Source: Tagaea sp. (GTDB lineage: Bacteria; Pseudomonadota; Alphaproteobacteria; CACIAM-22H2). From it: a stretch of DNA of 64,000 bases. Shown here piece after piece: positions 38,972 to 48,669 of the stretch; the stretch's first letter is position 1, and each line of letters begins with the position of its first letter. The notes beneath the pieces are model-generated. The model was not told the DNA's origin and did no database searches. It was given only the letters and a program-made list of their open reading frames with translations. The stretch is from assembly GCA_965279525.1 (NCBI GenBank), contig CBDIIB010000004.1:1-64000 (forward strand), read 5' to 3'. The position numbers were made by a program, and so were the translations under genes.

Positions 38972-40075
38972 TCATGCGATCAAGACGCCCGTGGCCGGAT
39001 CGAAGAGGCAAACACGGCGCATATCGAGGGCAAACCGGCCACGGTCGCCGGGCTGCAGCCGTACGTCGGGCGACACGCGTGCGAGCGCACGCTCGCCGCC
39101 GAGGCGCGCGAGAACGATGGTCTCGGCGCCGGTCGGCTCAGTCATCTCGACGGGCAGTTCGAGGGTGACACGTTCTCCGCCGTGTCCGAACCGGCGATCT
39201 TCCTCCGCGATGCACTCGGGCCGCAGGCCGAGGACGACTTCGCGGCCGGCCTGTGCTGCAAATGCGGCGGGTAACGGCAGTGCAACGGCCGCCTCGCCTT
39301 GGCCGACCACTGCGCGCACTCCGTCCGAGGCGGTTTCGATGCGCGCCGGCAGCGTGTTCATCGGCGGCGCGCCCATGAAGCGCGCCACGAACAGGTTGGC
39401 CGGGCGGTTGTAGACCGTATCGGGGTCGGCGAATTGCTGGATCTCGCCCTGGTGCATCACTGCGATGCGCGTCGCCATCGTCATCGCCTCGATCTGGTCG
39501 TGGGTGACGTAGACATTGGTGGAGCGGATGCGCTGGTGGAGCTGCTTGATCTCCATGCGCATCTCGACGCGAAGCTTGGCGTCGAGGTTCGAGAGCGGCT
39601 CATCGAACAGGAACAGAAGCGGGTCGCGCACCAGCGCGCGACCCATCGCGACGCGCTGGCGCTGGCCGCCGGAGAGTTGCGAGGGCTTGCGGTCGAGCAG
39701 TTTCTCGATCTGGAGGAGGGCGGCGACCCGCGTCACGGCGGCTTCGCGCTCGCCCTTCGGCACGTTCCTGCACTCGAGGCCGAACGTGATGTTCTGGCGC
39801 ACAGTCATCGACGGATAGAGGGCGTAGGTCTGGAACACCATCGCGATGTTCCGGTCCTTGGGCGCAATGTCATTGACGATCCGGCCGCCGATCTCGACCG
39901 TACCGCCCGTCGCGGGTTCCAGACCGGCGATGATGTTCAGCAATGTCGACTTGCCGCAGCCCGATGGCCCGACCAGTACGGTGAACTCGCCGTTCTCGAT
40001 TTCCATGTCGATACCCTTGAGCACGGACATCGCCCCGAAGGACTTGGTTACACCGCTGAGACTGAGGGCCGACAT
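38972..40075 (-). CDS. Sugar ABC transporter ATPase (MalK/UgpC family)
   Basis: GPSGCGKST, LSGGQRQR, DEPLSNLDAKLR and a C-terminal TOBE domain. Confidence 0.92.
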   Translation of the reverse strand: MSALSLSGVTKSFGAMSVLKGIDMEIENGEFTVLVGPSGCGKSTLLNIIAGLEPATGGTVEIGGRIVNDIAPKDRNIAMVFQTYALYPSMTVRQNITFGLECRNVPKGEREAAVTRVAALLQIEKLLDRKPSQLSGGQRQRVAMGRALVRDPLLFLFDEPLSNLDAKLRVEMRMEIKQLHQRIRSTNVYVTHDQIEAMTMATRIAVMHQGEIQQFADPDTVYNRPANLFVARFMGAPPMNTLPARIETASDGVRAVVGQGEAAVALPLPAAFAAQAGREVVLGLRPECIAEEDRRFGHGGERVTLELPVEMTEPTGAETIVLARLGGERALARVSPDVRLQPGDRGRFALDMRRVCLFDPATGVLIA

Positions 40076-40085
40076 TGAGATACTC

Positions 40086-40958
40086 CTACTTCACCGCGCC
40101 GGCCGTCAGCCCGCGCAGGAAGTATTTTCCGCCGAAAAGATAGACGAGCAACGTCGGCAATGCCGCGAGGACGACGGCCGCACTCTGCACGCCGTATTGG
40201 GGAACGTCGGCGATGGCCGCGTTGAGCCCGATTAGCGCCGCCGTCACCGGCTGCTGGCTGCCGTTCGTGAAGGTCACGCCGTAGAGAAACTCGTTCCAGA
40301 TATGGGTGAACTGCCAGATCACCGTCACGATCAGGATCGGCGGCGACAGCGGCAGCACAATCCTGAAGAAGGTACGGAAGAAGCCTGCGCCGTCGATGCG
40401 GGCGGCCTTCATCAGGTCCTGCGGAATGGAGACGTAGTAGTTGCGGCAGAACAGCGTGGTGAAGCTCATACCCTGAATTGTGTGGATCAGGACGAGTCCC
40501 GTTAGCGTGTTGATGAGGCCGATGTCGCGCAGGACGAAGGTCCAGGGAATCAGTCGTACCTGCTGCGGCAGGAAAATCCCGAGCGTGACCAATCCGAAGA
40601 TCCATGTGTCGCCGCGGAAGCGCCACAGCGAAATCGCATAGCCGGCGACCGCTCCCAGCAGAGTCGAGACGATGGTGGCGGGTATCGTCACCGCGGCCGA
40701 GTTCCACATGAAGGGCTGCAGCCCGGTGCAGGTCTGCGCGACGCAGAATTCCGACCACGCTTCGGCGTAGTTGGGGAAGGCCCAGCTTTCAGGCCATCCG
40801 ATCATCGAGCCTTGGGCGATCTCCTGCGCCGTGCGTAGCGAGTTGAGTACAACGACGAGGAAAGGCACGAGGAAGGCCAGGCCAAGGGCCCAGACCACCA
40901 CATGCGCCAGCAGCCGCCCCCAGGCGGGCATCGTGTCGGGCGTGGTCCGCTCAAGCAT
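40086..40958 (-). CDS. Sugar ABC transporter permease
   Basis: Hydrophobic segments; KAARIDGAG EAA-like loop; WNEFLYG. Confidence 0.9.
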   Translation of the reverse strand: MLERTTPDTMPAWGRLLAHVVVWALGLAFLVPFLVVVLNSLRTAQEIAQGSMIGWPESWAFPNYAEAWSEFCVAQTCTGLQPFMWNSAAVTIPATIVSTLLGAVAGYAISLWRFRGDTWIFGLVTLGIFLPQQVRLIPWTFVLRDIGLINTLTGLVLIHTIQGMSFTTLFCRNYYVSIPQDLMKAARIDGAGFFRTFFRIVLPLSPPILIVTVIWQFTHIWNEFLYGVTFTNGSQQPVTAALIGLNAAIADVPQYGVQSAAVVLAALPTLLVYLFGGKYFLRGLTAGAVK

Positions 40959-41886
40959 CGGCCGCGCGCCTCCGCCGTGCATACTTGAACAGCGCGTGCG
41001 GCACGAGCACGCCGAGCAGGGTCAGGAGCATCAGGACGGCGGCGGCCGCACCGCGCCCGATCTGGCCGCGCTGGAACATGAAGTCGTAGACGACGAGCGC
41101 GGGCAACTGGGTCGCGATGCCGGGGCCTCCGCCGGTCAGCGCGCGCACGAGGTCGAATGTCGTGATCGCCATCTGCAGCAGGATCACCAGCACGGCGACC
41201 ATGATCGGCCACAGCGTCGGCAGTATCACCCGCGTGTACATGCGCACCGGACCCGCGCCGTCGATCTGCGCCGCCTTGATCAGGTCGGGCTCCACCGAGC
41301 GCAGGCCCGCCAGCAGCAGTGCCATCGCGAAGCCGGCGGCCTGCCAGACGCCCGCGAGCACGATCGTCCAGATCGCCATCTCGCGATCCACGATCCAGTC
41401 GAACCGGAACCCGGCCCAACCGAGGTCGACGACCAGCTTCTGGATGCCCATGCCCGGATTGAGCAACCAGGACCACACGACGCCGGTGACCACGAACGAG
41501 ACCGCCATCGGATAGAGGAAGATCGAGCGCAGGACGTTCTCGCCGCGGATCCGCTGGTCGATCAGGATCGCGAGCAGCAATCCGGTCAGCATCGTGAACG
41601 CCACGAAGCCGCCGCCGAAGATGAACAGGTTGTCGAAGGCGATCTTCCAGTTCCGGGTCGCGAGAACGCTGGTGTAGTTGCGAAAGCCCACGAACTCGCT
41701 CACCGGCATCAGCGTCGAGGCTGTGAACGATATCCACACGGTCCATGCCGTGAAGACGACGATATGAGCGGCCGCGAGCAGCAGCGGTACCCATATCACC
41801 AGCAGTTCGGGCGCCCGCCGCAATGCCGCCGAAAGGGCGGATCGCGACGGGGGCCCGGCTGCAGAGGCGTGAACGTCGGCGGTCAA
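40951..41886 (-). CDS. Sugar ABC transporter permease
   Basis: Probable TTG start overlapping the SBP stop; KAAQIDGAG loop; FDLVRALTGGGPG. Confidence 0.85.
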   Translation of the reverse strand: MTADVHASAAGPPSRSALSAALRRAPELLVIWVPLLLAAAHIVVFTAWTVWISFTASTLMPVSEFVGFRNYTSVLATRNWKIAFDNLFIFGGGFVAFTMLTGLLLAILIDQRIRGENVLRSIFLYPMAVSFVVTGVVWSWLLNPGMGIQKLVVDLGWAGFRFDWIVDREMAIWTIVLAGVWQAAGFAMALLLAGLRSVEPDLIKAAQIDGAGPVRMYTRVILPTLWPIMVAVLVILLQMAITTFDLVRALTGGGPGIATQLPALVVYDFMFQRGQIGRGAAAAVLMLLTLLGVLVPHALFKYARRRRAADA

Positions 41887-43178
41887 CGTGCGCTTGCCAC
41901 TGCCTCGCCGAGACGCTTCACCGCCTGATCCGGCGTGATGGCCTTGTTCTTCACGAACTCGGTCAGCACGTCGATCATAGCCGCGGTGATTCCGTTCTCC
42001 TGCGCCATGTTGTGCGCGAGACTGAGAACGGACTGGTTGATGGCGACCGACTCCTTGAGCGTGCGTGCCGCCTCGACCTGACCGGCGGACCAGCCGGCGC
42101 CCGAGAGATCGACGTCGGTGCGCACCGGGATCGAGCCGGTGATCTGCGAATACATCGTCTGGATCTCGGGCATCATGACCAGCTCGGCCATGAGCTTCTG
42201 GCCCGCCTGGAGATCGGCTTCCTTGCGCTGCCAGAAGATGAAGGCGTCCGCATTGAGCACGAAGACCGGCTTGCCGTTGTCCGTCGGCCCCGGCGCGATG
42301 ATGAAGTCGTCGAGCTTGAAGCCGCCGTTGAGCAGCACGCCCTGCGCCCAGCCGCCTTGGATCAGCATGCCCATCTCGCCGGCCACGAAGCGCGGTAGGA
42401 AAACCGAGAAGTGCTGTGCCGCAGTATTGGGATCCATCCAGTCGGCGATCTTGCGCAGTTGCGCGAACGCCGCGCGCACCTCCGGGCTGCCAAGCGCCTT
42501 GTCGTCGAGTTCCATGATCGCCTTGCGGTAGACGCCGGGGCTGATGCCCGCGAGAACGGCCTCGAACTTCTGGCCGTCGTCGGCGCGCGCGCCTCCGTTG
42601 GCGACCGGGTAAGGGACGCCGGCCGCCTTCATCTTCTCGCCGAGTTCGTTGAACTGGGCCCAGGTGGTCGGGATCTTGTCCGCCTTGGCCTTGTCCATCG
42701 CGCGTTTGGACAGGAACAGCGTGTTTGTACGGTAGACCTGCAGCGGCAGGGCCGACCATTTCCCGCCCGGCTTGTGCAGTCTCGCGAGATCGGGCGCCAC
42801 GACCTTCTCGTAGCCGGCGGCGGCTACCGTCGCGTCGAGATTCACCGTCGGCGCGATCTTGGACCACGCCGCAATCTCGGGCCCCTTGAGCTGCGAGCAG
42901 GCCGGCGGGTCGCCGGAAATGATCTGCGCGCGAAGCTTGTTCATCATGTCGGTCGTGAAGCCGGGGACAGGCGAGTGCTGCCACACGCCGCCGCGCTCCT
43001 CGAACTTCTTGCCGAGCGCGGTGATCGCGGCGCCATCGCTGCCGGCGGACCACTGGGAAATTGCCGTCAGTCGGGGCTTCACCGCCTGGGCGCGGGTGGC
43101 GAACGGCGTGGCCACCAGCGGCGCGGCCATGAGGCCGGCGGCACCGGCGAGGACGGAACGACGATGCATGGACGTCAT
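41883..43178 (-). CDS. Sugar ABC transporter substrate-binding protein (Tat-type signal)
   Basis: HRRSVL twin-arginine signal; first gene of the ABC operon. Confidence 0.85.
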   Translation of the reverse strand: MTSMHRRSVLAGAAGLMAAPLVATPFATRAQAVKPRLTAISQWSAGSDGAAITALGKKFEERGGVWQHSPVPGFTTDMMNKLRAQIISGDPPACSQLKGPEIAAWSKIAPTVNLDATVAAAGYEKVVAPDLARLHKPGGKWSALPLQVYRTNTLFLSKRAMDKAKADKIPTTWAQFNELGEKMKAAGVPYPVANGGARADDGQKFEAVLAGISPGVYRKAIMELDDKALGSPEVRAAFAQLRKIADWMDPNTAAQHFSVFLPRFVAGEMGMLIQGGWAQGVLLNGGFKLDDFIIAPGPTDNGKPVFVLNADAFIFWQRKEADLQAGQKLMAELVMMPEIQTMYSQITGSIPVRTDVDLSGAGWSAGQVEAARTLKESVAINQSVLSLAHNMAQENGITAAMIDVLTEFVKNKAITPDQAVKRLGEAVASAR

Positions 43179-43580
43179 GGGGTTTCCTCTTCAGTTTTTC
43201 GCCAATTATTGTGACTGCTGTTGGCAAGACGAGGGTAGCGCGTAATTTGGCGGTAGCAATCGTTTTTTGGCGCAGACGACAGATTAGCCGATGTTCCCCA
43301 GATGCCCCTCTGGAGCGAGACGACATCCATCAGTCTGTCGGGTTCGCGAGGAGCCACAGTTTTCAGGCACGGTTTCCGCAGCCGTTAGCGGTGTTTGCGT
43401 CGTCGACTTTTCTCTTGTCTCCTCACTTTAACGCACTCCTTCCTTGGTGACGTCTCATTCGTGCCGTTCTGGTCCTAAGTTGGAGGCTGTCGTGGTCGCA
43501 GCCTGTCGATCAGCCGCAGGATGCGCTCGAGCGGCTCCTTCGGGACTGCGAACTCGGTCATCTGAAAGATGGCGTAGCGT

Positions 43581-43770
43581 GCGTGGCGCTCGTCGATCAC
43601 GATGGAAGCGGAACTCTTCGTCGAGGCTCTGGAAGAAGCGCCAATCCGCTACGGCAAGCGGTAGACCTTCAACTCGGATCAGGGCCGCCAGTTAACCTGT
43701 TCCTCGTTCTTCGGCGTGCTTGCCGGCAAGCGCATTGCGATCTGCACTGACTGTAAGGGGGCGTGGCGCA
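43581..43770 (+). pseudogene. IS3-family transposase remnant
   Basis: AWRSSITMEAELFVEALEEAPIRYGKR*TFNSDQGRQLT...IAICTDCKGAWR is a degenerate IS3 rve core with an internal stop. Confidence 0.7.
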
Positions 43771-43944
43771 GGCTTTAGAAGCGTCCCGACGCGATAGCCT
43801 TTAGGGCGGATTTTTCGGTACGCTGTTGAGGAAGCGAGCCGTGAACCACGTGGATCCTATTCAATTGGCAGGTGCCTCTCAAACGTCGCCGAAGTTACGC
43901 ATTGACGGGTAGGGGGCTTGGCGTTCGACGCGCCTTCATTACCC

Positions 43945-44063
43945 TTGGTTTCCATTCATTTCCCTTAAATGCCGGAAATTATGGAAACGGCCATTGAAAT
44001 CATTGAATAACCGAAAGTCTGGGGGACTGGGGGTCGCAGGTTCGAATCCTGTCGCTCCGACCA
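43945..44063 (+). repeat. attR-like site 1: conserved arm plus tRNA-Pro 3' half (44016-44063)
   Basis: agtctgggggactgggggtcgcaggttcgaatcctgtcgctccgacca is identical to the tRNA; the upstream arm is shared with 56476 and 62807. Confidence 0.92.
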
Positions 44064-44156
44064 AATCGACTAGATAAAACAAGGCCTTGGCGAGTGATCG
44101 CCAGGGCCTTTCCTTTGGAAACTACTTGCCAGTTCTATTCCGCTCTGGAGCGGTAC

Positions 44157-44582
44157 TCAACCTGGCGCCTTAAATGCAACTTCCATGCGGCGATGAGCGA
44201 AGCGCCAGCCTTCCTTGCTGCGCACGTAGTCATCGAAATACTGCCCGACCATCATCGGCCCCTGCATCGGCGTCGGGCCATCTTTGGCTGGTTCGACCGA
44301 GCGGTAGAGCGTGAAATACGATGTTCCTCTGGCGTGATCGGCATCGACGACTTCGACCTGGATGTTGGTCGAGATGTGTCGCGTCAGCGACATCGCCTTG
44401 CCGTCGAGATAGCGCCTTATATCGGCGTGCCCCTTGAGCGGACCGATCATCGAGGCCCACGTGCCATCCGCTGCCCAGAGCTTCGTCAGCGCCTCGTGCG
44501 AACGGGCATCGACCAATAGACAGTAGGCGGTGACGAGGCGCGCACATGCGTGCTCGATGGCGATGCGGTCGCTCTCGGTCAT
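44157..44582 (-). CDS. SnoaL/NTF2-like protein
   Basis: CARLV..YC..VD, LWAADG.W, TRHISTN and GQYFDDYVR...GWRFAHR. Confidence 0.8.
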   Translation of the reverse strand: MTESDRIAIEHACARLVTAYCLLVDARSHEALTKLWAADGTWASMIGPLKGHADIRRYLDGKAMSLTRHISTNIQVEVVDADHARGTSYFTLYRSVEPAKDGPTPMQGPMMVGQYFDDYVRSKEGWRFAHRRMEVAFKAPG

Positions 44583-45574
44583 GTTCGATCCTTTCGGGGT
44601 GCGACGACGCACTGGGCGATTGCGCCGAAGACGCTGCAGCCCGCACGATCCAGCATCTCGATATGAAGCGTGTCGCCGGCGTCGAGATAGGCGGTGCGCG
44701 GCGCGCCGAATTCCATCGTCTCGAGCATTCGCGTTTCCGCGATGCAGGCCGTGCCGGCGCCGGCATCGCGGTTCGAGACGGTGCCCGATGCGATTAGCGT
44801 GCCGGCGCCCAAGGAGCGCGACAGGCTCGCGTGCGAGACGAGGTCTCGGAAATCGAACGACATGTCGAGACCGGCGTCGGGCCGCCCAAGCGGCTTGTTG
44901 CCGATGCGACAATGCAGCTTCAGCGATACCTTGCCGCCGTCCCAGGCGTCGCCCAATTCGTCGGGTGTGGCGACGACAGGTGCAAGCACGCCCGCCGTCT
45001 TGCCGTGGTACGAGGTCTTGCCCTCGGCCGCCTCGCGCGCGAAGACGGTGCGCAGGCTGACGTCGTTCATCAACGTGACGAGCTTGATATGGACGCCGGC
45101 CGCGTCGCGCGACGTGCCCTGCTTGACGTCGTCGACAATGACGGCGATCTCGCCCTCGATGTCGAGGCCAACGTCACCCGGCGGAAGTTCGATGGGGTCG
45201 TGCGCGGCGAGAAACGGACCTGGCATGCGCACGCTCATCAGCGGCTCGCGCCGGTAAATCTCGGGGAAGGGAGCATTGCGCAGCTTGCGCGCGCGCTCCA
45301 TGTGGGTGAGGTAGACGCTGCTGTCAATCCAGCCGAAGGCACGCGGCAGTGGTGGACCAAGCGCGCCGGGATCAAGGCGGATCGCGTCGGGCGCGCGACC
45401 GCCCTCGAGTCGATCGAATAGCGCAGCGAGCTTCGGCGCCGCCGCGTCCCAGCAATCGAGTGCGGCCTGCAGCGTCGGCGCGATCCCAGTCGCCAAGACA
45501 GCGCGCGCGAGATCGCGGCTGACGACAACCAGCCGGCCGTCACGAGATCCGTCGCGTATGGCGCCGAGCTTCAT
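44579..45574 (-). CDS. Fumarylacetoacetate hydrolase family protein
   Basis: MKL....DGSRDG.LVVVSRDL, DIEGEIAVI, MNDVSLR and SGTVSN. Confidence 0.85.
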   Translation of the reverse strand: MKLGAIRDGSRDGRLVVVSRDLARAVLATGIAPTLQAALDCWDAAAPKLAALFDRLEGGRAPDAIRLDPGALGPPLPRAFGWIDSSVYLTHMERARKLRNAPFPEIYRREPLMSVRMPGPFLAAHDPIELPPGDVGLDIEGEIAVIVDDVKQGTSRDAAGVHIKLVTLMNDVSLRTVFAREAAEGKTSYHGKTAGVLAPVVATPDELGDAWDGGKVSLKLHCRIGNKPLGRPDAGLDMSFDFRDLVSHASLSRSLGAGTLIASGTVSNRDAGAGTACIAETRMLETMEFGAPRTAYLDAGDTLHIEMLDRAGCSVFGAIAQCVVAPRKDRT

Positions 45575-46747
45575 TCAGGCGGACTTTCCGCCGTGGCCCT
45601 TCGCGTCGGGCGCGCTCTTGATCGATCCAAGCCAGGTTTCGGCGTAGCCGAAGAACTCGCCGCCGGCGGGTTGGTCGGCGATCCCGAGCCCATCGAGCGC
45701 GTCGATCATCACCGAGTAGTTCTCGAAGCTCTTGGCTGGATGCGTATGCATGAAAGGCAGCACTTCAGGGTGGGGCCCGTGCGTGATGCCGCGCGGATGC
45801 AGCGTCAGCATGCCGGCGCCGATCGTGTTGCCGCGGCTGCTGAGATTGCCGCTGTGGTAGAAGATCAGTTCGTCATAGTCCTCGTTGTTGTGGAAGAACG
45901 GCAGCTTGATCGCACCAGGATCGGTCTCGATCGGGCGCGGGACGAGCGAGCAGACAACAAAGCGGTCGGCGATGAAGGTTGTGCGGGCCGACGGCGGCAG
46001 ATGAAGGCGCGGGCTGACCACCGCGCGGATATCGCGCAGGTTGAGCCGCACCGGATGGAGGTCACCCTTCCAGCCGACAGCGTCGAGCGGATTGAACGGA
46101 TAGACGATGCGGCCGATCTGGCCGGCACGCCTGACGTCGACGCGCCATTCGCCGTCACGGCGCTGGGCACGGAAGTGCTCGTCGAGTGCTGGCACGTCGA
46201 GCACGCCAGTGTCGAACATCGCGTGCCGCCCGAGCAGGCCCCGGTCTGGCAGGCGGTAGGAGCTGCCTGTTGCCTCGACCATCAAGAGTTCGACAGGCTC
46301 GACCATTTCGAGGCGCCACATCGTGCCGCGCGGCAGCAAGATGTAGTCGCCAGGCTCAAAGGCAAGGTGGCCGTAGTCGCAGAACAGGTGGCCGGTGCCC
46401 TTGTGTACGAACAGCAGTTCGTCGCCGTCGCTGTTCCGCACGAGGTGGTCCATCGAAACGACTCCGCGCCAGATACGGACTTGGACGTGCGCGTTGCCGA
46501 CGAGCGGATGTGCGGCAAGGGGGGATGCCGTCGGCTCGATCACTGACAGCGGGCTGAACGCGCGCGGCCGGATTGGCCCTTCGACGGCCAGCCATGCGGT
46601 TGGTGGATTGCGGTGGTACATGTGCGCGGCCGCGCCGAAGAACCCGTCGCGACCGATCTCGCGCTCGAACGAGTTCGCCGGGATGTCAGCATGTGCCTGC
46701 CGGGCGGCCATCCCCTCGACATGCGGCGTTGCGAGATTGGTAGGCAT
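45575..46747 (-). CDS. hmgA: Homogentisate 1,2-dioxygenase-like ring-cleavage enzyme (short type)
   Basis: RNSDGDELLFVH.G, PLDAVGWKG, and Fe-ligand motifs PFFHNNEDYDE..FYH and HGPHP. Confidence 0.78.
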   Translation of the reverse strand: MPTNLATPHVEGMAARQAHADIPANSFEREIGRDGFFGAAAHMYHRNPPTAWLAVEGPIRPRAFSPLSVIEPTASPLAAHPLVGNAHVQVRIWRGVVSMDHLVRNSDGDELLFVHKGTGHLFCDYGHLAFEPGDYILLPRGTMWRLEMVEPVELLMVEATGSSYRLPDRGLLGRHAMFDTGVLDVPALDEHFRAQRRDGEWRVDVRRAGQIGRIVYPFNPLDAVGWKGDLHPVRLNLRDIRAVVSPRLHLPPSARTTFIADRFVVCSLVPRPIETDPGAIKLPFFHNNEDYDELIFYHSGNLSSRGNTIGAGMLTLHPRGITHGPHPEVLPFMHTHPAKSFENYSVMIDALDGLGIADQPAGGEFFGYAETWLGSIKSAPDAKGHGGKSA

Positions 46748-46795
46748 CGGGCTGTCTCCTCGACTTGGTCAGCTCGTCCGTTTGTGGCGGGTGAT

Positions 46796-46818
46796 GACCG
46801 CAATACGGACAAATGTCC
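46796..46818. promoter_or_regulatory. Putative IclR operator, copy 1 (upstream of the hmgA-like gene)
   Basis: gACCG-caata-CGGACAAATGTCC; the same motif occurs at 47832 and 53773. Confidence 0.6.
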
Positions 46819-46881
46819 ATAATTGAAAATAGCCGATGGAAGGCACAGCGACAAGCCCTTCGCGGGCGCCGTATGAGTTGC

Positions 46882-47679
46882 TCAGCTGCGCCAGCCGATC
46901 GGATTATCGGAGCGGACGATGATTTCCTCGATCTCGGCCGCCGCCTTCTTGAGCAGCGGCAGGACATTCTTGCCCATGTCGGCCTTCGACAGGCGCCCAG
47001 TATGGGCGCCGACGCTGAGGCCGGCTGCCACGCGCCCGCTGCGCGCACGCACCGGCACGGCGATCGCCCGCAAGCCTTCCTCGACCTCCTGATCGATCAG
47101 CGCGTAGCCGTTGGTCCGCGTCTCGTCGAGCACGCGCCGTAAATCGGCCTCGCCGATCACCGTGAAGCGTGTGTTGGGCGTGCGCTTGTGGCGGCGCAAG
47201 AATGCGTCGAGATCTTTGGGCGCAAGGTCGGCCAGCATCACCCGGCCGATCGAATTGCAGAACGCCGGCAGGCGCGAGCCGAGATTCACCTGCAGGCCCA
47301 TCAGGTGCTTGGGCGGCACGCGTGCGACGTAGACGACATCGGCGCCGTCGAGAACACCCATCGTGCAGGACTCATTCAGCGTCTCGACGACTTGTTGCAT
47401 GATCGGCAGCGGTGCTTCCCAGATGCGCAGTGACGAAAGGTAGGCAAAGCCTAGATCGAGAGTACGCGGTGCGAGCCAGAACTTCTTGCCATCCGTGCGG
47501 ACATAGCCGAGCGCTTCGAGCGTCAGCAGGAAGCGCCGCGCGGTTGGCCGCGACAGGCCGGTTCGCTCGGCTACCTCGGCGAGCGTCTGGCTCGCCGAGT
47601 TTTCACCGAAACTCTTGATGACGGTGAGGCCGCGCGCCAGCGACGTGACAAAATCCTGCGAGTCTTCGTCAATCGCCAT
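46882..47679 (-). CDS. IclR-family regulator (PcaR/PobR-like)
   Basis: DFVTSLARGL.VI..F, TGLSRPTARRFLLTL..LGY and DQEVEEGLRAIAVP. Confidence 0.9.
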   Translation of the reverse strand: MAIDEDSQDFVTSLARGLTVIKSFGENSASQTLAEVAERTGLSRPTARRFLLTLEALGYVRTDGKKFWLAPRTLDLGFAYLSSLRIWEAPLPIMQQVVETLNESCTMGVLDGADVVYVARVPPKHLMGLQVNLGSRLPAFCNSIGRVMLADLAPKDLDAFLRRHKRTPNTRFTVIGEADLRRVLDETRTNGYALIDQEVEEGLRAIAVPVRARSGRVAAGLSVGAHTGRLSKADMGKNVLPLLKKAAAEIEEIIVRSDNPIGWRS

Positions 47680-47831
47680 CGGAAGATCCAGATGTTGGAA
47701 AGGGAGTTGCGATTTTGTCCAAGTCACGCGCGATAATCTACTGAATTGCGTTTCCGAATGCGCCGTTTGTGGGCGAGACTCTTGACTCGCCTGCAGGCCG
47801 TCCATACGCTTGTACGCTTAGTGGTCAAAAT

Positions 47832-47854
47832 ATCCGTATCGCGGACAAATGGCC
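47832..47854. promoter_or_regulatory. Putative IclR operator, copy 2 (IclR/SDR divergent region)
   Basis: aTCCG-tatcg-CGGACAAATGGCC. Confidence 0.6.
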
Positions 47855-47894
47855 AAAACTGGCCGGCGACTGAAGCGGGGGAAACCGGGCGACG

Positions 47895-48641
47895 ATGGGA
47901 CGTCTTGCAGGCAAAGTCGCGATCGTCACAGGTTCGGCCCGTGGCATGGGAGCGGTCGAGGCGCGGCTGTTCGCGCGTGAGGGTGCCGCCGTCGTCGTTT
48001 GCGATGTGCTCGACGAGCGGGGCCGCAAGACCGCCGCCGACATCTGCGCCGGTGGAGCCGCTGCCATCTATCTCCATCTCGACGTCACATCCCAACCGGA
48101 CTGGCAGGCACTGGCAGAACAGGCGAAGGCCTGGCGCGGCCGCATCGACATCCTCGTCAATAACGCGGGCATCAACATTCGGGGCGGTATCGACAGGCTC
48201 GTGCTCGATGACTGGCACAAGGTCCTTGCGGTCAATCTGACGGGTCCGTTACTCGGCATGAAGACGATCGCGCCTGTCATGCGCGAGACTGGTGGAGGTT
48301 CGATCGTGAACATCGCCTCGAACGCTGCCCTATTGCCGGCGGCATCGGCTGCCTATACGTCCGGCAAGTGGGGCCTGCGCGGCCTCGGCAAGGTCGCCGC
48401 GGCCGAATTCGCGCCTTGGCAGGTACGGGTCAACACGGTCTGCCCCGGCGTGGTGCCGACGGAGCTCAACGAAGGCCAGCCTTATCTCAAAACCGTCGTC
48501 GGCAAGACGCCGCTCGGCCGGATCGGGGCGGCGGAGGACGTCGCCAACGCGGTTCTCTTCCTTGCCTCCGACGAGTCGAACTTCATTACTGGCGCCGACC
48601 TGCCGGTCGATGGCGGTTTTATCGTTGGTGCGGCGCGATGA
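47895..48641 (+). CDS. SDR oxidoreductase
   Basis: TGSARGMG, NNAGI, YTSGK and VDGG. Confidence 0.9.
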   Translation: MGRLAGKVAIVTGSARGMGAVEARLFAREGAAVVVCDVLDERGRKTAADICAGGAAAIYLHLDVTSQPDWQALAEQAKAWRGRIDILVNNAGINIRGGIDRLVLDDWHKVLAVNLTGPLLGMKTIAPVMRETGGGSIVNIASNAALLPAASAAYTSGKWGLRGLGKVAAAEFAPWQVRVNTVCPGVVPTELNEGQPYLKTVVGKTPLGRIGAAEDVANAVLFLASDESNFITGADLPVDGGFIVGAAR

Positions 48642-48669
48642 GGGCATATCGACAGCGAGGAGCGCAGCC

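Larger units (their letters stand above)
33450..44063. mobile_element. Integrated cassette 1 (10,614 bp; sugar uptake/catabolism), no integrase visible
   Basis: Bounded by the tRNA-Pro 3' end and its direct repeat at 44016-44063; contains pseudogenes. Confidence 0.75.

Noticed and set aside
40951-43326. 791-aa ORF fusing the SBP region to a permease
   Set aside because: The upstream part is an alternative frame over the SBP gene; the permease starts near 41886.
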